Below, piece after piece: positions 27,475-36,660 of a stretch of DNA of 64,000 bases. Position 1 is the first letter of the stretch. The number at the start of each line of letters is the position of its first letter. The translations under genes were made by a program, and so were the position numbers. Below the pieces are notes generated by a model, which did no database searches, was not told the DNA's origin, and was given only the letters and a program-made list of their open reading frames with translations. The DNA is taken from assembly GCA_963814875.1 (NCBI GenBank), contig CAWFFJ010000018.1, positions 333,611-397,610 on the forward strand, written 5' to 3'. This stretch comes from an uncultured Acidobacteriota bacterium (lineage in GTDB: Bacteria; Acidobacteriota; Thermoanaerobaculia; Thermoanaerobaculales; Sulfomarinibacteraceae).

Positions 27475-28245
27475 CTACTCGCGCGGAGCGGGCGGAGCAG
27501 GAGGTGCCGATGGGGCCGGCGGCAAGGGCGCGGCCGGCGGTGCGGCGATGCGCAGCACCTTCACGTGCGGCACGGCGGTCCGCTCCATCACCCGGCCGCA
27601 CACCGGACATAGGTAGCTCTCCTGGGTCGCCTTGTCACGGTCCATCCGGAGCACGGTGCCGTCGGCCGGACAACGGTAGGTCACACTGTCGGAGAGAATG
27701 AAATCGGCCTCGGGCGCGATCATGGCCGCATCTGAGGAATTGCCATTCCCGACGAACACCATCACGGTGTCCTCTCCGGCCTCATCGGGCATGGCGCTCT
27801 CGATCCGGATCTCGACCGGCTCGCCGTCCGCCTCACCGTCGCCTGCCATGACCCATTTCATGGCGACCTGGTGCTGGTGGGCGCCCTCAACCGAGCGCTC
27901 GCTCTCCTGCCGACTCTCGATCCACACCCGCTTCCCGCCCCCCGAGGCCGACTCGAAACGGAGTGCCTTTGCCGCGACCCTTTCACCGTCGAGGGTCACG
28001 TCGAGGCTGTCGCCGTGGCGCGTGATCACGACTTCGTGCGGGCCAACGGCGATCGTCCTCGCCTCGCCCTCGCCGAGGTCGGAGAGCCTCACGGTTTGAC
28101 TGTCGCCGCCGACGATCACCGTGACCCTGCCGTGCGACGAACTGCTGGGATCCGGCCCGGCGGGCTCCGCCAGAGCCACCGCCAGACCGCTCAACGCCAC
28201 CAGCACGGCCGCCAGCACCCAGTGCAACCAGGATCTCTCTTTCAT
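27475..28245 (-). CDS. secreted or membrane-anchored hypothetical protein with a C-terminal zinc-ribbon and Pro-rich tail
   Basis: Signal/anchor MKERSWLHWVLAAVLVALSGLAVALA. Acidic and His-containing middle (EGAHQHQVAMKW). YRCPADGTVL..SYLCPVCGRVMER, then the tail PPAAPLPPAPSAPPAPPAP. AAGGAGG RBS 6 nt before ATG 28245. Sigma-54 promoter upstream. Confidence 0.7.
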   Translation of the reverse strand: MKERSWLHWVLAAVLVALSGLAVALAEPAGPDPSSSSHGRVTVIVGGDSQTVRLSDLGEGEARTIAVGPHEVVITRHGDSLDVTLDGERVAAKALRFESASGGGKRVWIESRQESERSVEGAHQHQVAMKWVMAGDGEADGEPVEIRIESAMPDEAGEDTVMVFVGNGNSSDAAMIAPEADFILSDSVTYRCPADGTVLRMDRDKATQESYLCPVCGRVMERTAVPHVKVLRIAAPPAAPLPPAPSAPPAPPAPRE

Positions 28246-28306
28246 CGCATCCTCCTTGTTGAGCGCCGCAGATCGGAAACGTCGTGCGGCCTCGACAGGG
28301 TCAATG

Positions 28307-28321
28307 GCAAAGGCCGTGCCA
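28307..28321 (-). promoter_or_regulatory. sigma-54 (RpoN) -24/-12 promoter
   Basis: The minus strand reads CTGGCACGGCCTTTGCCAT. This is an exact match to TGGCACG-N4-TTGC with correct GG/GC spacing. It lies 62 nt upstream of ATG 28245 and directly downstream of the sigma-54-dependent activator gene. Confidence 0.8.
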
Positions 28322-28492
28322 GCCGATCGATGGAGATCGGCCATCCCTCGAAACATTGTGTGTTCAGTCTGATCTGCCTTTGAACCGATACGACGCCCGC
28401 GCCGAGCCTCGCCGGCCGAATCTGTTGCCTCCCCACATGGGGACACCATCTCCCCAAAGGAGGAGGTGAATGCACCGCGCCGGAAGGATCCC

Positions 28493-29872
28493 CTACCGGG
28501 TGTATTGCTCGTCAAGCCCAAACTTGGCCAGCCGATACAAGAATGTCTTGTAGCTCAGGCCGAGCAGGCGGGCCGCGCTGGCACGGTTGCCGTCGGCGAG
28601 CTCCAGAGCCTGCCGCAGCAGGTCCTCCTCCATCTCGTCCCAAGCAACCCCCGATGGCGGCAGATGGAATGTTCCCCTTCCGGACGAGGTGGCCGCCCCG
28701 ATCTCGGGTGGCAGGTCGTCGGCGCTCACTCGGCCGTCCTCGGCGAGCAGCACCAGCCGTTCGAGGGCATTGGCGAGCTCCCGCACGTTGCCCGGCCAGG
28801 TGTGCTCCATCAGCCGACGCAGCACCGCCTGCGGCAGTTGCTGGGCGACGGTGGCATGGCGCTCGGCGGCCCGACGGACGAGCACATTGGCCAGAGCAGG
28901 AATGTCCTCCCGGCGCTCACGTAGAGGTGGGAGCCGAACCGGGAACACGTTGAGTCGATAGTAGAGATCCTCGCGGAAGCTACCCTCCGCCACCATGTCC
29001 GCAAGGTCCCGGTTGGTCGCGGCCACAACCCGCGCGTCACAGGCGACCTCGCCGGTACCACCGAGACGGGTCACCCGTCGCTCCTGGAGGGCGCGCAGGA
29101 CCTTCGCCTGGAGGGCAAGCGGCATCGATGCCACCTCGTCGAGGAAGAGGGTCCCTCCCGACGCCTCCTCGAACTTGCCCTCACGGCGTCGGTGGGCCCC
29201 GGTGAACGCGCCGCGCTCGTGGCCGAACAGCTCGCTCTCCATCAGCGACTCGGGAATCGCGGCGCAGTTCACGGCGACGAAGGGACCGCCGCTGCGCCGG
29301 CTGCGGCGGTGGAGCATTCTCGCGACCAGCTCCTTGCCGGTCCCGGACTCACCCGTCACCAGCACCGTCGCCTCGGTGTCGGCGACCTTTTCGAGCGTCC
29401 GATAGAGCTGCTGCATGGCCGGAGTGCGACCAATGATCTCGCCGTAGCCGTCCCTGACCTCGGCCTCCGCGCGCAGACGCAGGTTTTCCCGCTCGAGCTC
29501 CCGGGTCCGCAACACCCTCTGCACGGCGAGCAGGAGCGCCTCGCGTTCGAACGGCTTCGCCAGGTAGTCGGCAGCTCCACGCCGCACCGCCTCGACTGCG
29601 TGCGCGATCGAGCCATAAGCGGTCATCACGATCACCGCGGATGGAATACCTCGCCCTCGCAGCTCGTCGAGCAGGTCGCCGCCCGTGCGGCCCGGTAGTC
29701 TCCAGTCGCTCAGCACCACGTCAGGAAAATCATCCTCGATCGCAGTCAGGGCAGCGTCGACATCCGGCGCGCTGCGCACGTCGTAGCCACTGCGGGTGAG
29801 GATCCCGGCAATCAGCTCGCGCTGTGCTGCCTCGTCCTCCACGACCAGCACCGTGGCGGGAGGGGTGCTCAT
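28493..29872 (-). CDS. sigma-54-dependent response regulator (NtrC/ZraR/AtoC class: REC, AAA+, Fis-type HTH)
   Basis: VLVVEDEA, LSDWRLPG, Walker A GESGTGKE, sigma-54 contact loop ERGAFTGA, C-terminal NRASAARLLGLSYKTFLYRL. Confidence 0.95.
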   Translation of the reverse strand: MSTPPATVLVVEDEAAQRELIAGILTRSGYDVRSAPDVDAALTAIEDDFPDVVLSDWRLPGRTGGDLLDELRGRGIPSAVIVMTAYGSIAHAVEAVRRGAADYLAKPFEREALLLAVQRVLRTRELERENLRLRAEAEVRDGYGEIIGRTPAMQQLYRTLEKVADTEATVLVTGESGTGKELVARMLHRRSRRSGGPFVAVNCAAIPESLMESELFGHERGAFTGAHRRREGKFEEASGGTLFLDEVASMPLALQAKVLRALQERRVTRLGGTGEVACDARVVAATNRDLADMVAEGSFREDLYYRLNVFPVRLPPLRERREDIPALANVLVRRAAERHATVAQQLPQAVLRRLMEHTWPGNVRELANALERLVLLAEDGRVSADDLPPEIGAATSSGRGTFHLPPSGVAWDEMEEDLLRQALELADGNRASAARLLGLSYKTFLYRLAKFGLDEQYTR

Positions 29873-31374
29873 GACGGGGAGTCCTTGCCGGGGGGCACCA
29901 ACGGCAGCCGGAGCAGCGCCCGCGTGCCTCCGCCTTCGACATCGTCGATCTCGAGCTCGCCACCATGCATTCCGACCACCAGGGCCCTGGCAAGGTACAG
30001 GCCCATCCCCGACCCCTCCGGGCGAGTGCTGACGTGCGGCGAATAGAGGCGCTCTCGGATCTCGGCGGGCAGACCGCGCCCCCAGTCGCGGACCTCGATC
30101 TCCGCCCTCGAGCGGACCCGTCGAACAGCGATCGTGACCGGTTTGCCCGAGGGCGAGGCCTGGACCGCGTTTTCCACCAGGTTGGCGAGCGCGGCACGGA
30201 CCGCAGCGGGAACCACGTCTGCGACGACTGGTTCAGCGACCAGCTCGACCTCCGCACCGCCCTGGACAGCCTCCAGGACCACCGAGTGGGCCAGCTCGGC
30301 GAGATCGACAGCCTCGACGTCACCGGCCTCGCCCGCGCCGACGGCCAGGAACGAACGCAGCCACCTGTCGATGCGGCGGATCTGGGTCCGAGCCATCGCC
30401 ACCAGCTGCCCGTCGCCCGGGTTCCATCCGGCGAGCTCCTCGACCGCAAGTCCGAGTGTGTTCAGTGGGTTGCGGACGGTATGAGCAAGACCGCGCGCGA
30501 GGTCCCCGAGCTGCGCCAGGTGCTCCCGATCACGCCATGCCGCGCGCTCCTGCTCGAGCTGGGCGAGACGCAGCGACATCCTGTTGAAGGCACGCTGCAG
30601 CTCCCCTACCTCGCCACCCGCATCCTCCGGGACCTGGACGCCGAGTGCGCCCTGGCCGAGCAACTCTGCCTCCGCCGCCAGACGTCCCAGCGGAGCGGCG
30701 ACCCGTCGGGCCATGACCCCGGAGGCGACCAGGCCGACCGCAAGCACTCCGAGGCTGAACAACATGCCCTCGCGCAGGTTGGCCTGGGCGAGGCGCACGG
30801 TAGGCGCGAGCGGGATCGGAACCCTACGAACGAAGCCCGGGTCTGCGGTCACCACGAGCACCCCTTGCGATCCGCCCTGGTCCTCGGCGACGTGGAAGCT
30901 GAACTGCTGGACGACCCGCGTTCGGGTGTGGGCGTCCGGTGCCGCGGGGGCAACCGGGTGCTCGGCGCCCGTGTCATCGCTCTCCGCCAGGACCCACGCG
31001 AAGGCCGGCTGCGCCGGGGGTGCCAGCTCGGCCGGCGGTTGCGCCGGTGCCGGTCGGCTCGGCTCCCCGGGCCCCGCGGGCGGCTCCCGCTCGACTGTCT
31101 TCAGGAGGTGCTCGGCCCTCGTGATGACCACGGAGTGGTTCACGTCGGTCCGGATGCCGTCCTGCATGACCTCGCTGCGCACATTAACCTCGCCCGGAGG
31201 CAGCATGATGACGCGCGGTTCCGGACCGAGCAGGTCGCGGCCGACGCTGGTCGCGACCGCGCCGACCGCGGCCGGCAGGGCGACGAGCTGACGCATGTGG
31301 AGCCACCACTGCGCCGCCATCACGGCGAGCACGAGCGCCGATGTGCCGAGGAAGAAGCGAGTCTGCAGACGCAT
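29869..31374 (-). CDS. sensor histidine kinase with a large periplasmic domain, HAMP, HisKA and HATPase_c
   Basis: H-box LARGLAHTVRNPLN, N box NLVENAVQA, DWGRGL, GSGMGLYLA. 4-nt overlap with the downstream regulator. Start ATG 31374 after GGAGG; the ORF opens at 31410. Confidence 0.9.
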   Translation of the reverse strand: MRLQTRFFLGTSALVLAVMAAQWWLHMRQLVALPAAVGAVATSVGRDLLGPEPRVIMLPPGEVNVRSEVMQDGIRTDVNHSVVITRAEHLLKTVEREPPAGPGEPSRPAPAQPPAELAPPAQPAFAWVLAESDDTGAEHPVAPAAPDAHTRTRVVQQFSFHVAEDQGGSQGVLVVTADPGFVRRVPIPLAPTVRLAQANLREGMLFSLGVLAVGLVASGVMARRVAAPLGRLAAEAELLGQGALGVQVPEDAGGEVGELQRAFNRMSLRLAQLEQERAAWRDREHLAQLGDLARGLAHTVRNPLNTLGLAVEELAGWNPGDGQLVAMARTQIRRIDRWLRSFLAVGAGEAGDVEAVDLAELAHSVVLEAVQGGAEVELVAEPVVADVVPAAVRAALANLVENAVQASPSGKPVTIAVRRVRSRAEIEVRDWGRGLPAEIRERLYSPHVSTRPEGSGMGLYLARALVVGMHGGELEIDDVEGGGTRALLRLPLVPPGKDSPS

Positions 31375-31496
31375 CAGGACCTCCGGAGCCGCCGGCGTGG
31401 AGGGCGCCACGCCGGCCGGCTCGTGTCTACAGTAGCAACCGCCATGCCACCTGGTGCGATGCTATTCTTCTCGTCCCGAATGCTGCGGGAGGCGAC

Positions 31497-33446
31497 GTGT
31501 CCGAGACCTACTACATCACGACCCCGATCTACTACGTCAACGACCTGCCCCACATCGGGCACATCTACACCACCGTCATGGCCGACGTCCTGGCTCGGTA
31601 CCAGCGGATGAACGGTCGGCGGGTACACTTCCTGACCGGGACCGACGAGCACGGACAGAAGATCGAGAAGGCCGCGCGGGCTCAGGGAGTCCAACCGATC
31701 GAGCTCGCCGATCGGGTCGTCGCGAGATATCACGAGCTGTGGAAGGTGCTCGACATCTCGCACGACGACTTCATCCGCACCACCGAGCCGCGCCACCAGA
31801 AGGCGGTGGCAGCGATGATCCGCCGCTTCGCCGCCGCTGGCGACCTCTACAAGGGTGCGTACGAGGGCTGGTACTGCGCCGGCGCGGAGGCGTTCGTGCC
31901 CGACTCACAGGTCAAGGACGGCCGCGACCTGGAGTCCGGGTACCCGGTCGAGCGCTTGGCCGAGTCGAGCTGGTTCTTCCGGCTGTCGGCCTATCAGGAG
32001 CGACTGCTCGAGTGGTATCGCAACAACCCCGAGTGCATCCGGCCTGCGAGCCGGTACAACGAGGTGGTCAGCTTCGTCGAAGGCGGTCTCAAGGACCTCT
32101 CGATCTCACGCACCTCGATCCGCTGGGGGGTGCCCTGGCCGGGCGACCCCGAACATGTCGTCTACGTGTGGCTCGACGCCTTGACCAACTACGTCTCCGC
32201 CCTCGGGTTCGGCGGCGAAGACGACGAGCTCTACCAGACCCACTGGCCCGCCTCCCTCCACCTCGTCGGCAAGGACATCCTCCGCTTCCACTGCGTGTAC
32301 TGGCCGGCCTTCCTGATGTCCGCAGGAATGCCTCTGCCCCGCCAGGTCTTCGGCCACGGGTGGTGGACCAAGGACGACGCCAAGATGTCCAAGTCGCTGG
32401 GCAACGTCGTCCGGCCCGACTACCTGGTCGACCGTTTCGGTGCCGACGTCGTGCGTTACTTTCTTGTCCGGGACATGACCTTCGGCCAGGACAGCTCGTT
32501 CTCCGACGCGGCCTTCCTCGAGCGCTTCAACGCCGACCTCGCGAACGCCCTCGGCAACGCGGCGTCGCGAACGCTCGCGCTGGTCCGCCGCAATCTCGAC
32601 GGCCGCGTCCCCGAGCCGATCGGCGACGGCCCGCTCCCGGCCGCGGCGGACGATGCGGTGCGCCAGTATCGTCGACACATGGATGCCCTCGAGCCCCAGC
32701 GCGCCCTGGAGGCTGCGTGGCGGCTGCTCGCCACTCTCGACGGCTTCATCCAGGAACGTCAACCGTGGGCTCTTGCACGCCAGGGTGACGCTGGCCGGGC
32801 ACGCCTCGAGGCCACACTCGCAGACTCCCTCGAGGCGCTCCGCATCACCTCGGTGCTGCTCGAACCCATCATGCCCCGCACCTGTGCAGAGCTGCGGCGA
32901 CAGCTCGGGGCCGAGGGGCTCCCTGTCAATCTTCGGACCGGCGCCGAGTGGGGTCTGCTCGGGCACGGCGCCACCGTCGGCGAAGGCGGTCCATTGTTCC
33001 CGAGGGTCGACATCGCCATAACCCTGAAGGAGCTGGCCATGCGTGACGAGACGACCTCCCCACCAACTTCCACCGCGGCCACCGACGCACCTGCGGCGTC
33101 GCCCACCGCCCCCACCGGGGAGCTCTTGTCCATCGATCGTTTCGCCGAGGTCCAGTTGGTCATCGGCGTCGTCCGCGAGGCCGAGCGCGTGCCCAAGTCG
33201 AAGAAGCTCGTCCGGCTGATGGTCGATCTGGGCGAGCCGGAGCTGCGTCAGATCGTCGCCGGCATCGCCGAGCGCTACGAGCCCGACAGCCTCGTCGGCC
33301 GTCGGATCGTGGTGGTGGCGAACCTGCAGCCCGCGAAACTCATGGGGGTGGAGTCGCGCGGCATGCTGCTGGCCGCCTCGGTGAACGGCGATCCCTACCT
33401 GCTGTCGCCGGACGGAGAGGTTGCGCCGGGGACCCGCGTCAAGTAG
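31497..33446 (+). CDS. metG: methionine--tRNA ligase with a C-terminal tRNA-binding (Trbp111/EMAP-like) domain
   Basis: YYITTPIYYVNDLPHIGH (HIGH), KMSKS present, C-terminal VGVVREAERVPKSKKLVRLMVDLG. GTG 31497 follows GGGAGG; the upstream ORF extension from 31341 was rejected. Confidence 0.95.
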   Translation: MSETYYITTPIYYVNDLPHIGHIYTTVMADVLARYQRMNGRRVHFLTGTDEHGQKIEKAARAQGVQPIELADRVVARYHELWKVLDISHDDFIRTTEPRHQKAVAAMIRRFAAAGDLYKGAYEGWYCAGAEAFVPDSQVKDGRDLESGYPVERLAESSWFFRLSAYQERLLEWYRNNPECIRPASRYNEVVSFVEGGLKDLSISRTSIRWGVPWPGDPEHVVYVWLDALTNYVSALGFGGEDDELYQTHWPASLHLVGKDILRFHCVYWPAFLMSAGMPLPRQVFGHGWWTKDDAKMSKSLGNVVRPDYLVDRFGADVVRYFLVRDMTFGQDSSFSDAAFLERFNADLANALGNAASRTLALVRRNLDGRVPEPIGDGPLPAAADDAVRQYRRHMDALEPQRALEAAWRLLATLDGFIQERQPWALARQGDAGRARLEATLADSLEALRITSVLLEPIMPRTCAELRRQLGAEGLPVNLRTGAEWGLLGHGATVGEGGPLFPRVDIAITLKELAMRDETTSPPTSTAATDAPAASPTAPTGELLSIDRFAEVQLVIGVVREAERVPKSKKLVRLMVDLGEPELRQIVAGIAERYEPDSLVGRRIVVVANLQPAKLMGVESRGMLLAASVNGDPYLLSPDGEVAPGTRVK

Positions 33447-33648
33447 CAGCGCGCACGCCACAGCCCCGGGGAGCGTCTTCAGTCACTCCAGCTGAGGGCG
33501 GCGGGCTGTGCCGTGCGCGCTGCTTCGGATCGGCTGCGCCGATCCCGGAGGGGAACACCTGAAGGACATCGAACCCCTGCCAACTCGTGGGACCTGTCGT
33601 GTCCTGTCGAGAGCGCCGAGCGGCTGGCGGTCGACCTCTACGGGGCTG

Positions 33649-34167
33649 TCAAGGGGCGACGCCCTTCGGGCGCCCGCTGGACCTTCGCCGCTCCCAGACC
33701 TCGAAGGTCGACGGGAGGTCGTTGCGCTCGTCGGCCGGCTGGTCGTTCGCACCGACCCTGCGCCACGCCGGCCAGGGGACGTCGGGGAAGTGGGTGTCGC
33801 CGTCGACCGCGGCGTGCACCCTGGTGAGGTACATCCGGTCGGCAAACGGCAGCGCGAGCCGATAGATCTCCGCACCGCCGGCGACGAAGACCTCGACGTC
33901 GTCCCGTGCCGCGTCGAGGGCATCCGGCAGTGAGCCGACCACCAGTACGTCGCCGGCAAGCGGGCCGAGGGTCTTCGAGACCACCACCACAGTCCGCCCG
34001 GGAAGCGGTCGGGCGAAGGACTCCCAGGTTCTTCGACCCACCACCACGTGATGGCCCATGGTCAGAGCCTTGAAGCGCTTGAGGTCGGCCGAGAGCCGCC
34101 ACGGCAGACCTCCATCGCGCCCGATGACGCTGTTGGAGGCCACGGCGGCGATGATCGAGACCGTCAC
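33649..34167 (-). CDS. folA: dihydrofolate reductase
   Basis: IIAAVASNSVIGRDGGLPWRLSADLKRFKALTMGHHVVVGRRTWESF. GTG start 10 nt after the thyA stop. Confidence 0.9.
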   Translation of the reverse strand: MTVSIIAAVASNSVIGRDGGLPWRLSADLKRFKALTMGHHVVVGRRTWESFARPLPGRTVVVVSKTLGPLAGDVLVVGSLPDALDAARDDVEVFVAGGAEIYRLALPFADRMYLTRVHAAVDGDTHFPDVPWPAWRRVGANDQPADERNDLPSTFEVWERRRSSGRPKGVAP

Positions 34168-34177
34168 GGCGCGCTTC

Positions 34178-34972
34178 TCAGACCGCCACCGGGGCTTTGA
34201 TGTGAGGGTGCGGGTCGTAGCCCTCGAGTGAGAAGTCCTCCCAGGCGAAACCGTCGATCGTGCGTACCTCCGGGTTGAGGCGGAGCCGCGGGAGCGCCCG
34301 CGCCTCGCGCCCGAGCTGGAGACGCGCCTGATCGACGTGATTGAGGTAGAGGTGGACGTCGCCGAAGGTGTGGATGAACTCGTGCGGCTCGAGCTCGGTG
34401 ACCTGGGCGATCATCATCGTCAGCGCCGCATACGAGGCGATGTTGAAGGGAACTCCGAGAAAGACGTCCGCCGAACGCTGGTAGAGCTGGCAGGACAGGC
34501 GCCCGTCCGCGACGTAGAGCTGGAACAGGACGTGGCACGGCGGCAGGGCCATCCGCGGCAGCTCCGCCACGTTCCAGGCGCTGACGAGATGGCGGCGCGA
34601 TTCCGGTTTGCGCCGGATTCCCTCCACGAGTGCCGCGATCTGGTCCACCCGGCTACCGTCCACGGACTGCCACCGCCGCCACTGTGCGCCGTAGATCGGG
34701 CCCAGGTCTCCGTCCGGTCCAGCCCACTCGTCCCAGATGGTCACGCCGTGCTCGTGCAGCCACGCGACGTTTGTGTCGCCGCGCAGAAACCACAGCAACT
34801 CGTGCACGATCGAACGCAGGTGCAGCTTCTTGGTGGTGAGCAGGGGGAAGCCGTCCCCGAGGTCGATGCGCATCTGGTGACCGAAAACGCTGAGAGTACC
34901 GGTACCGGTGCGGTCGCTCTTGCGGGTTCCCTGATTGAGAATGCGCTCGAGCAGGTCGAGGTACTGGCGCAT
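34178..34972 (-). CDS. thyA: thymidylate synthase (ThyA)
   Basis: [22 protein letters not shown], active site LPPCH, 264 aa, canonical end. Confidence 0.95.
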   Translation of the reverse strand: MRQYLDLLERILNQGTRKSDRTGTGTLSVFGHQMRIDLGDGFPLLTTKKLHLRSIVHELLWFLRGDTNVAWLHEHGVTIWDEWAGPDGDLGPIYGAQWRRWQSVDGSRVDQIAALVEGIRRKPESRRHLVSAWNVAELPRMALPPCHVLFQLYVADGRLSCQLYQRSADVFLGVPFNIASYAALTMMIAQVTELEPHEFIHTFGDVHLYLNHVDQARLQLGREARALPRLRLNPEVRTIDGFAWEDFSLEGYDPHPHIKAPVAV

Positions 34973-35535
34973 CAGGTGTGCTCCTCTGATGCCGTCAGCC
35001 AGCGCCCGACCCCGTCCTGCCAGCGCCCTTGTGCTTTGAGAACAAGCTCGGCAATCTCACGGACCGCTCCGTGGCCCCCCGGGCTCCTGCACACCAGGTG
35101 GCAGGTCGCCGCGACCTCTGGTACGGCATCGGACGGGCAGGCAGAGAACCCAACCCGCTGCAGGACCGGAACATCAGGGAGATCGTCGCCCATGGCTGCG
35201 ACCTGGCGATCCTCGAGCGCGAGCTGCTGCTCGAGCGCCTCGAGGTCGGCGCTCTTGTCGCCGCTTCCGAGCACCACCAGCTCGCGCGAAATCCCCAGCT
35301 CCCGGCACCGGACCGCCACTGCTTCGCTGCGTCGCCCGGACAGGATGGCGATCTCGATCCCCGCGTCAAGCAGGAGCCGGATGCCGAGTCCATCGCGAAC
35401 CGAGAACTGCTTGCTCTCCTCGCCTCGTGACGTGTAAACGAGTGTGCCATCGGTGAGCACGCCGTCGACGTCGAGCACGAGCAAACGGATCGGCTCGAGG
35501 CGCGCACGCAGCTCCGCTGGAAGGTGGCTGGGCAT
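34972..35535 (-). CDS. kdsC: 3-deoxy-D-manno-octulosonate-8-phosphate phosphatase, HAD family
   Basis: [31 protein letters not shown]. Its TGA shares one nt with the thyA ATG (TGATG). Start ATG 35535. Confidence 0.85.
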   Translation of the reverse strand: MPSHLPAELRARLEPIRLLVLDVDGVLTDGTLVYTSRGEESKQFSVRDGLGIRLLLDAGIEIAILSGRRSEAVAVRCRELGISRELVVLGSGDKSADLEALEQQLALEDRQVAAMGDDLPDVPVLQRVGFSACPSDAVPEVAATCHLVCRSPGGHGAVREIAELVLKAQGRWQDGVGRWLTASEEHT

Positions 35536-35570
35536 GCCCGGGATACTACCAGAGGCAGAAACGCACGTGA

Positions 35571-35981
35571 GTGAACCACAGAAGACAGGACCACCAAGAC
35601 ACGAAGACACCAAGCGATCGCAGGGACGTGGCAGCGGTCACGAGGGCCCCGGCGGCTGCCTCAAGCAGCCGCCCCTGGCGGGAGGAGCGGAGGGACGAGA
35701 GAGGGGCTCTTTCATCCGCCCGCTCCTCCCGTCAGGGCCGCGCGCCGTGCGCGCGGCGGGCCTCCGGGTTCGGCTTGAGTTCTCCCCCATCGCGTGCCCC
35801 CCTGATGGAGCCCCCCTCGAGCCGCAATTGGGAACGCGCTCCAGCCCTTGAACGTCCTCTTGGTGTCTTGGTGCCTTGGTGGTGAGAATCCGCATCGACC
35901 GAAAACCACCCACCCGGGGCCACCACATCACCACCCTTGGCTTGCGGCCAAAGCCTGCGATGGGTCTCTGTGCCTCTGTGG
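35571..35981. repeat. composite or nested palindromic elements filling the lptE-kdsC spacer
   Basis: Outer pair: GTGAACCACAGAAGACAGG (35571) and CTCTGTGCCTCTGTGG (35966). Inner pair: GACCACCAAGACACGAAGACACCAAGC (35589-35615) and TCTTGGTGTCTTGGTGCCTTGGTGGTG (35858-35884), about 24/26 complementary. Internal GC hairpins CGGGAGGAGCGG/CCGCTCCTCCCG. Confidence 0.8.
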
Positions 35982-35986
35982 TCTTC

Positions 35987-36511
35987 CTAGAACCCTTCGA
36001 GCACGGCGCTGACCAGGGCGCGGGCGAACTCGACCGAGACATCGTCCATGGCCGCGACCTGTCGGTCGAAGTAATCGACCGCCGACACGTCGACCTGGTA
36101 CGAGGTCCGGCGGGAGAAGGCCTTGTCCTCCCACAGGACCTTCGGCTCCTCTCCTCGGATGTCGACCAGTGAGACGCTGGCGGTGAGGGTCATCTGATAC
36201 TCGGTCGCCCGGCCCTGTTCGTCGAGGGTGACTGGGGACACCGAGAGGCTTTTGATCGTCCCCCGGAGCGAAAGGTCGGCACCCTTCTCGTCGTCCACGA
36301 TCGAGAACCGCCGACGGCGAACCCACTCCTGGACAACTGCTTCCGTCAGCCGCTGGTCCATGTCGGCCCAGTCGGTGGTGTTCTCGAACGGCCTCACATG
36401 CAGGGTCTTGAGATCCGGCGGGAGGAAGCTCGAGGTCCCCACCAGGTGATACCCGCATCCCGCCGACATCAGGGCGAGGAAGACCAGCACCGCGCCACGC
36501 CACATCGTCAT
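35987..36511 (-). CDS. lptE: LPS-assembly lipoprotein LptE
   Basis: Lipobox LMSAGCGYHL. GRATEYQMTLTASVSL parallels E. coli LptE GQTAEYQMIMTVNATVL. 174 aa. Confidence 0.8.
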   Translation of the reverse strand: MTMWRGAVLVFLALMSAGCGYHLVGTSSFLPPDLKTLHVRPFENTTDWADMDQRLTEAVVQEWVRRRRFSIVDDEKGADLSLRGTIKSLSVSPVTLDEQGRATEYQMTLTASVSLVDIRGEEPKVLWEDKAFSRRTSYQVDVSAVDYFDRQVAAMDDVSVEFARALVSAVLEGF

Positions 36512-36540
36512 GGCGGCGACGGTAGCACAGGCTGAGGGGC

Positions 36541-36648
36541 TGAACCACAGAAGCTCTCGCGTGCGGTGCCCGCACGCGTGGCGTGAGACGCGAGACGTGA
36601 AAGGCAAGACGTGAGGAGGCTTGTCGCTCGCCTCTTGCGTCTCGCGAC
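36541..36648. repeat. palindromic intergenic element with the GAACCACAGAAG head and GAGACG-type arms
   Basis: TGAACCACAGAAG at 36541. Perfect 9-bp hairpin CGCGTGCGG-TGC-CCGCACGCG (36558-36578). Second imperfect hairpin CGCGAGACG...CGTCTCGCG (36589-36646) with tandem 7-8-mers. Confidence 0.65.
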
Positions 36649-36660
36649 CTGACTGTTGTT

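Noticed and set aside
28579-28590. TGGCACGGTTGC on the plus strand
   Set aside because: The GG-to-GC spacing is 3 nt too short for sigma-54. It lies antisense inside the activator gene, and no plus-strand gene follows.
31341-31496. Upstream extension of the metG ORF (52 extra codons)
   Set aside because: The extension is Arg/Pro-rich and overlaps the divergent kinase start. The GTG at 31497 has a GGGAGG RBS and begins exactly at the conserved MetRS N-terminus.
33526-33546. Hairpin GGATCGGC-TGC-GCCGATCC between convergent metG and folA, considered as a terminator
   Set aside because: It has only an 8-bp stem, no flanking T-tract on either strand, and lies 80-100 nt from both stops. Evidence is too weak to call.
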